DNA of 63,951 bases, filler included, from Rhabdomonas costata (taxonomy: Eukaryota), in NCBI GenBank assembly GCA_019059605.1. It is 33 parts of 33 records of this genome, joined end to end, with 100 filler letters (N's around TTAATTAATTAA, not from the genome) between each part and the next. Parts side by side here need not be neighbours in the genome. Positions count along the whole stretch, not along the records: positions 62,112 to 63,951 come from JAHMHO010008351.1; 32 more parts are not named here. One strand, written 5' to 3'. The stretch's first letter is position 1. Each line of letters opens with the position of its first letter. Positions 63,554 through 63,951 of the stretch are shown here, in pieces. The notes below the pieces were generated by a model. The model made no database searches. It worked only from the letters and a program-made list of their open reading frames with translations, and was not told the origin of the DNA. The position numbers and the translations under genes were made by a program.

Positions 63554-63951
63554 CTGATAAGTGGGAGGCACGAAATCTTGCATGGTCGTGGAAGAGCTGC
63601 ACAGAGCTTTCTACCGTACGAAGCATTCAGATATTCAGACAATATGGAGTGGAAGCACAAGGTCAATCTTAGTTGTGGTGACCAATCAATGCCATAATAC
63701 GGACCTATCCCTCCCACCATAAACGCCGACTGCAACGGGGCACGTTTCCACTGGTGGTTCCTAAGCACTAAGTTCACTGACATCTATTCCGAATGGCCCT
63801 CCAACCCCATCGTCAGTGGATTGCTCCCAGAAACGCAGGAAGTTAAAAAACACCACAGAAAACACCACGCCCAGACAGAGAAAGAAGCGGAGACAGTAGG
63901 CTCCCTATGATTACTGCCTAATAATAAGCTTAATGGATTCACCCCCACACA

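Overview
This is not contiguous DNA. It is 33 unrelated contigs of about 1.84 kb, joined by 32 artificial 100-nt linkers (N-run + TTAATTAATTAA + N-run). Contig ends carry G/T-only (5') and C/A-only (3') tails. One contig retains a near-complete GenomePlex-type whole-genome-amplification primer, so synteny across linkers is meaningless and contig-end hairpins are suspect. The DNA is eukaryotic and intron-rich. The alpha-tubulin C-terminus ([19 protein letters not shown]) plus many cis-introns point to a euglenozoan, probably a euglenid (inference). Recognisable spliced gene fragments: alpha-tubulin, RPS2, VPS13, ALG9, a chromate transporter, an ABCG/PDR transporter, an EF-hand Ca2+ exchanger, a USP48-like DUSP protein, SPRY, TPR and kelch proteins, a receptor-cyclase-like protein and a cadherin/bacterial-Ig-like repeat protein. 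Mobile DNA: Ty3/gypsy gag with a tRNAiMet PBS, a DD41D Tc1/mariner transposase with its TIR, a non-LTR element lacking its RT, a MITE-like element and a short dispersed repeat family. The most interesting candidate is an intron-split gene, not visible as a whole in the ORF track, that encodes two tandem bacterial-type XRE/Cro-C1 helix-turn-helix domains (45394-46488). I found no multi-gene system; contigs this short could not show one.
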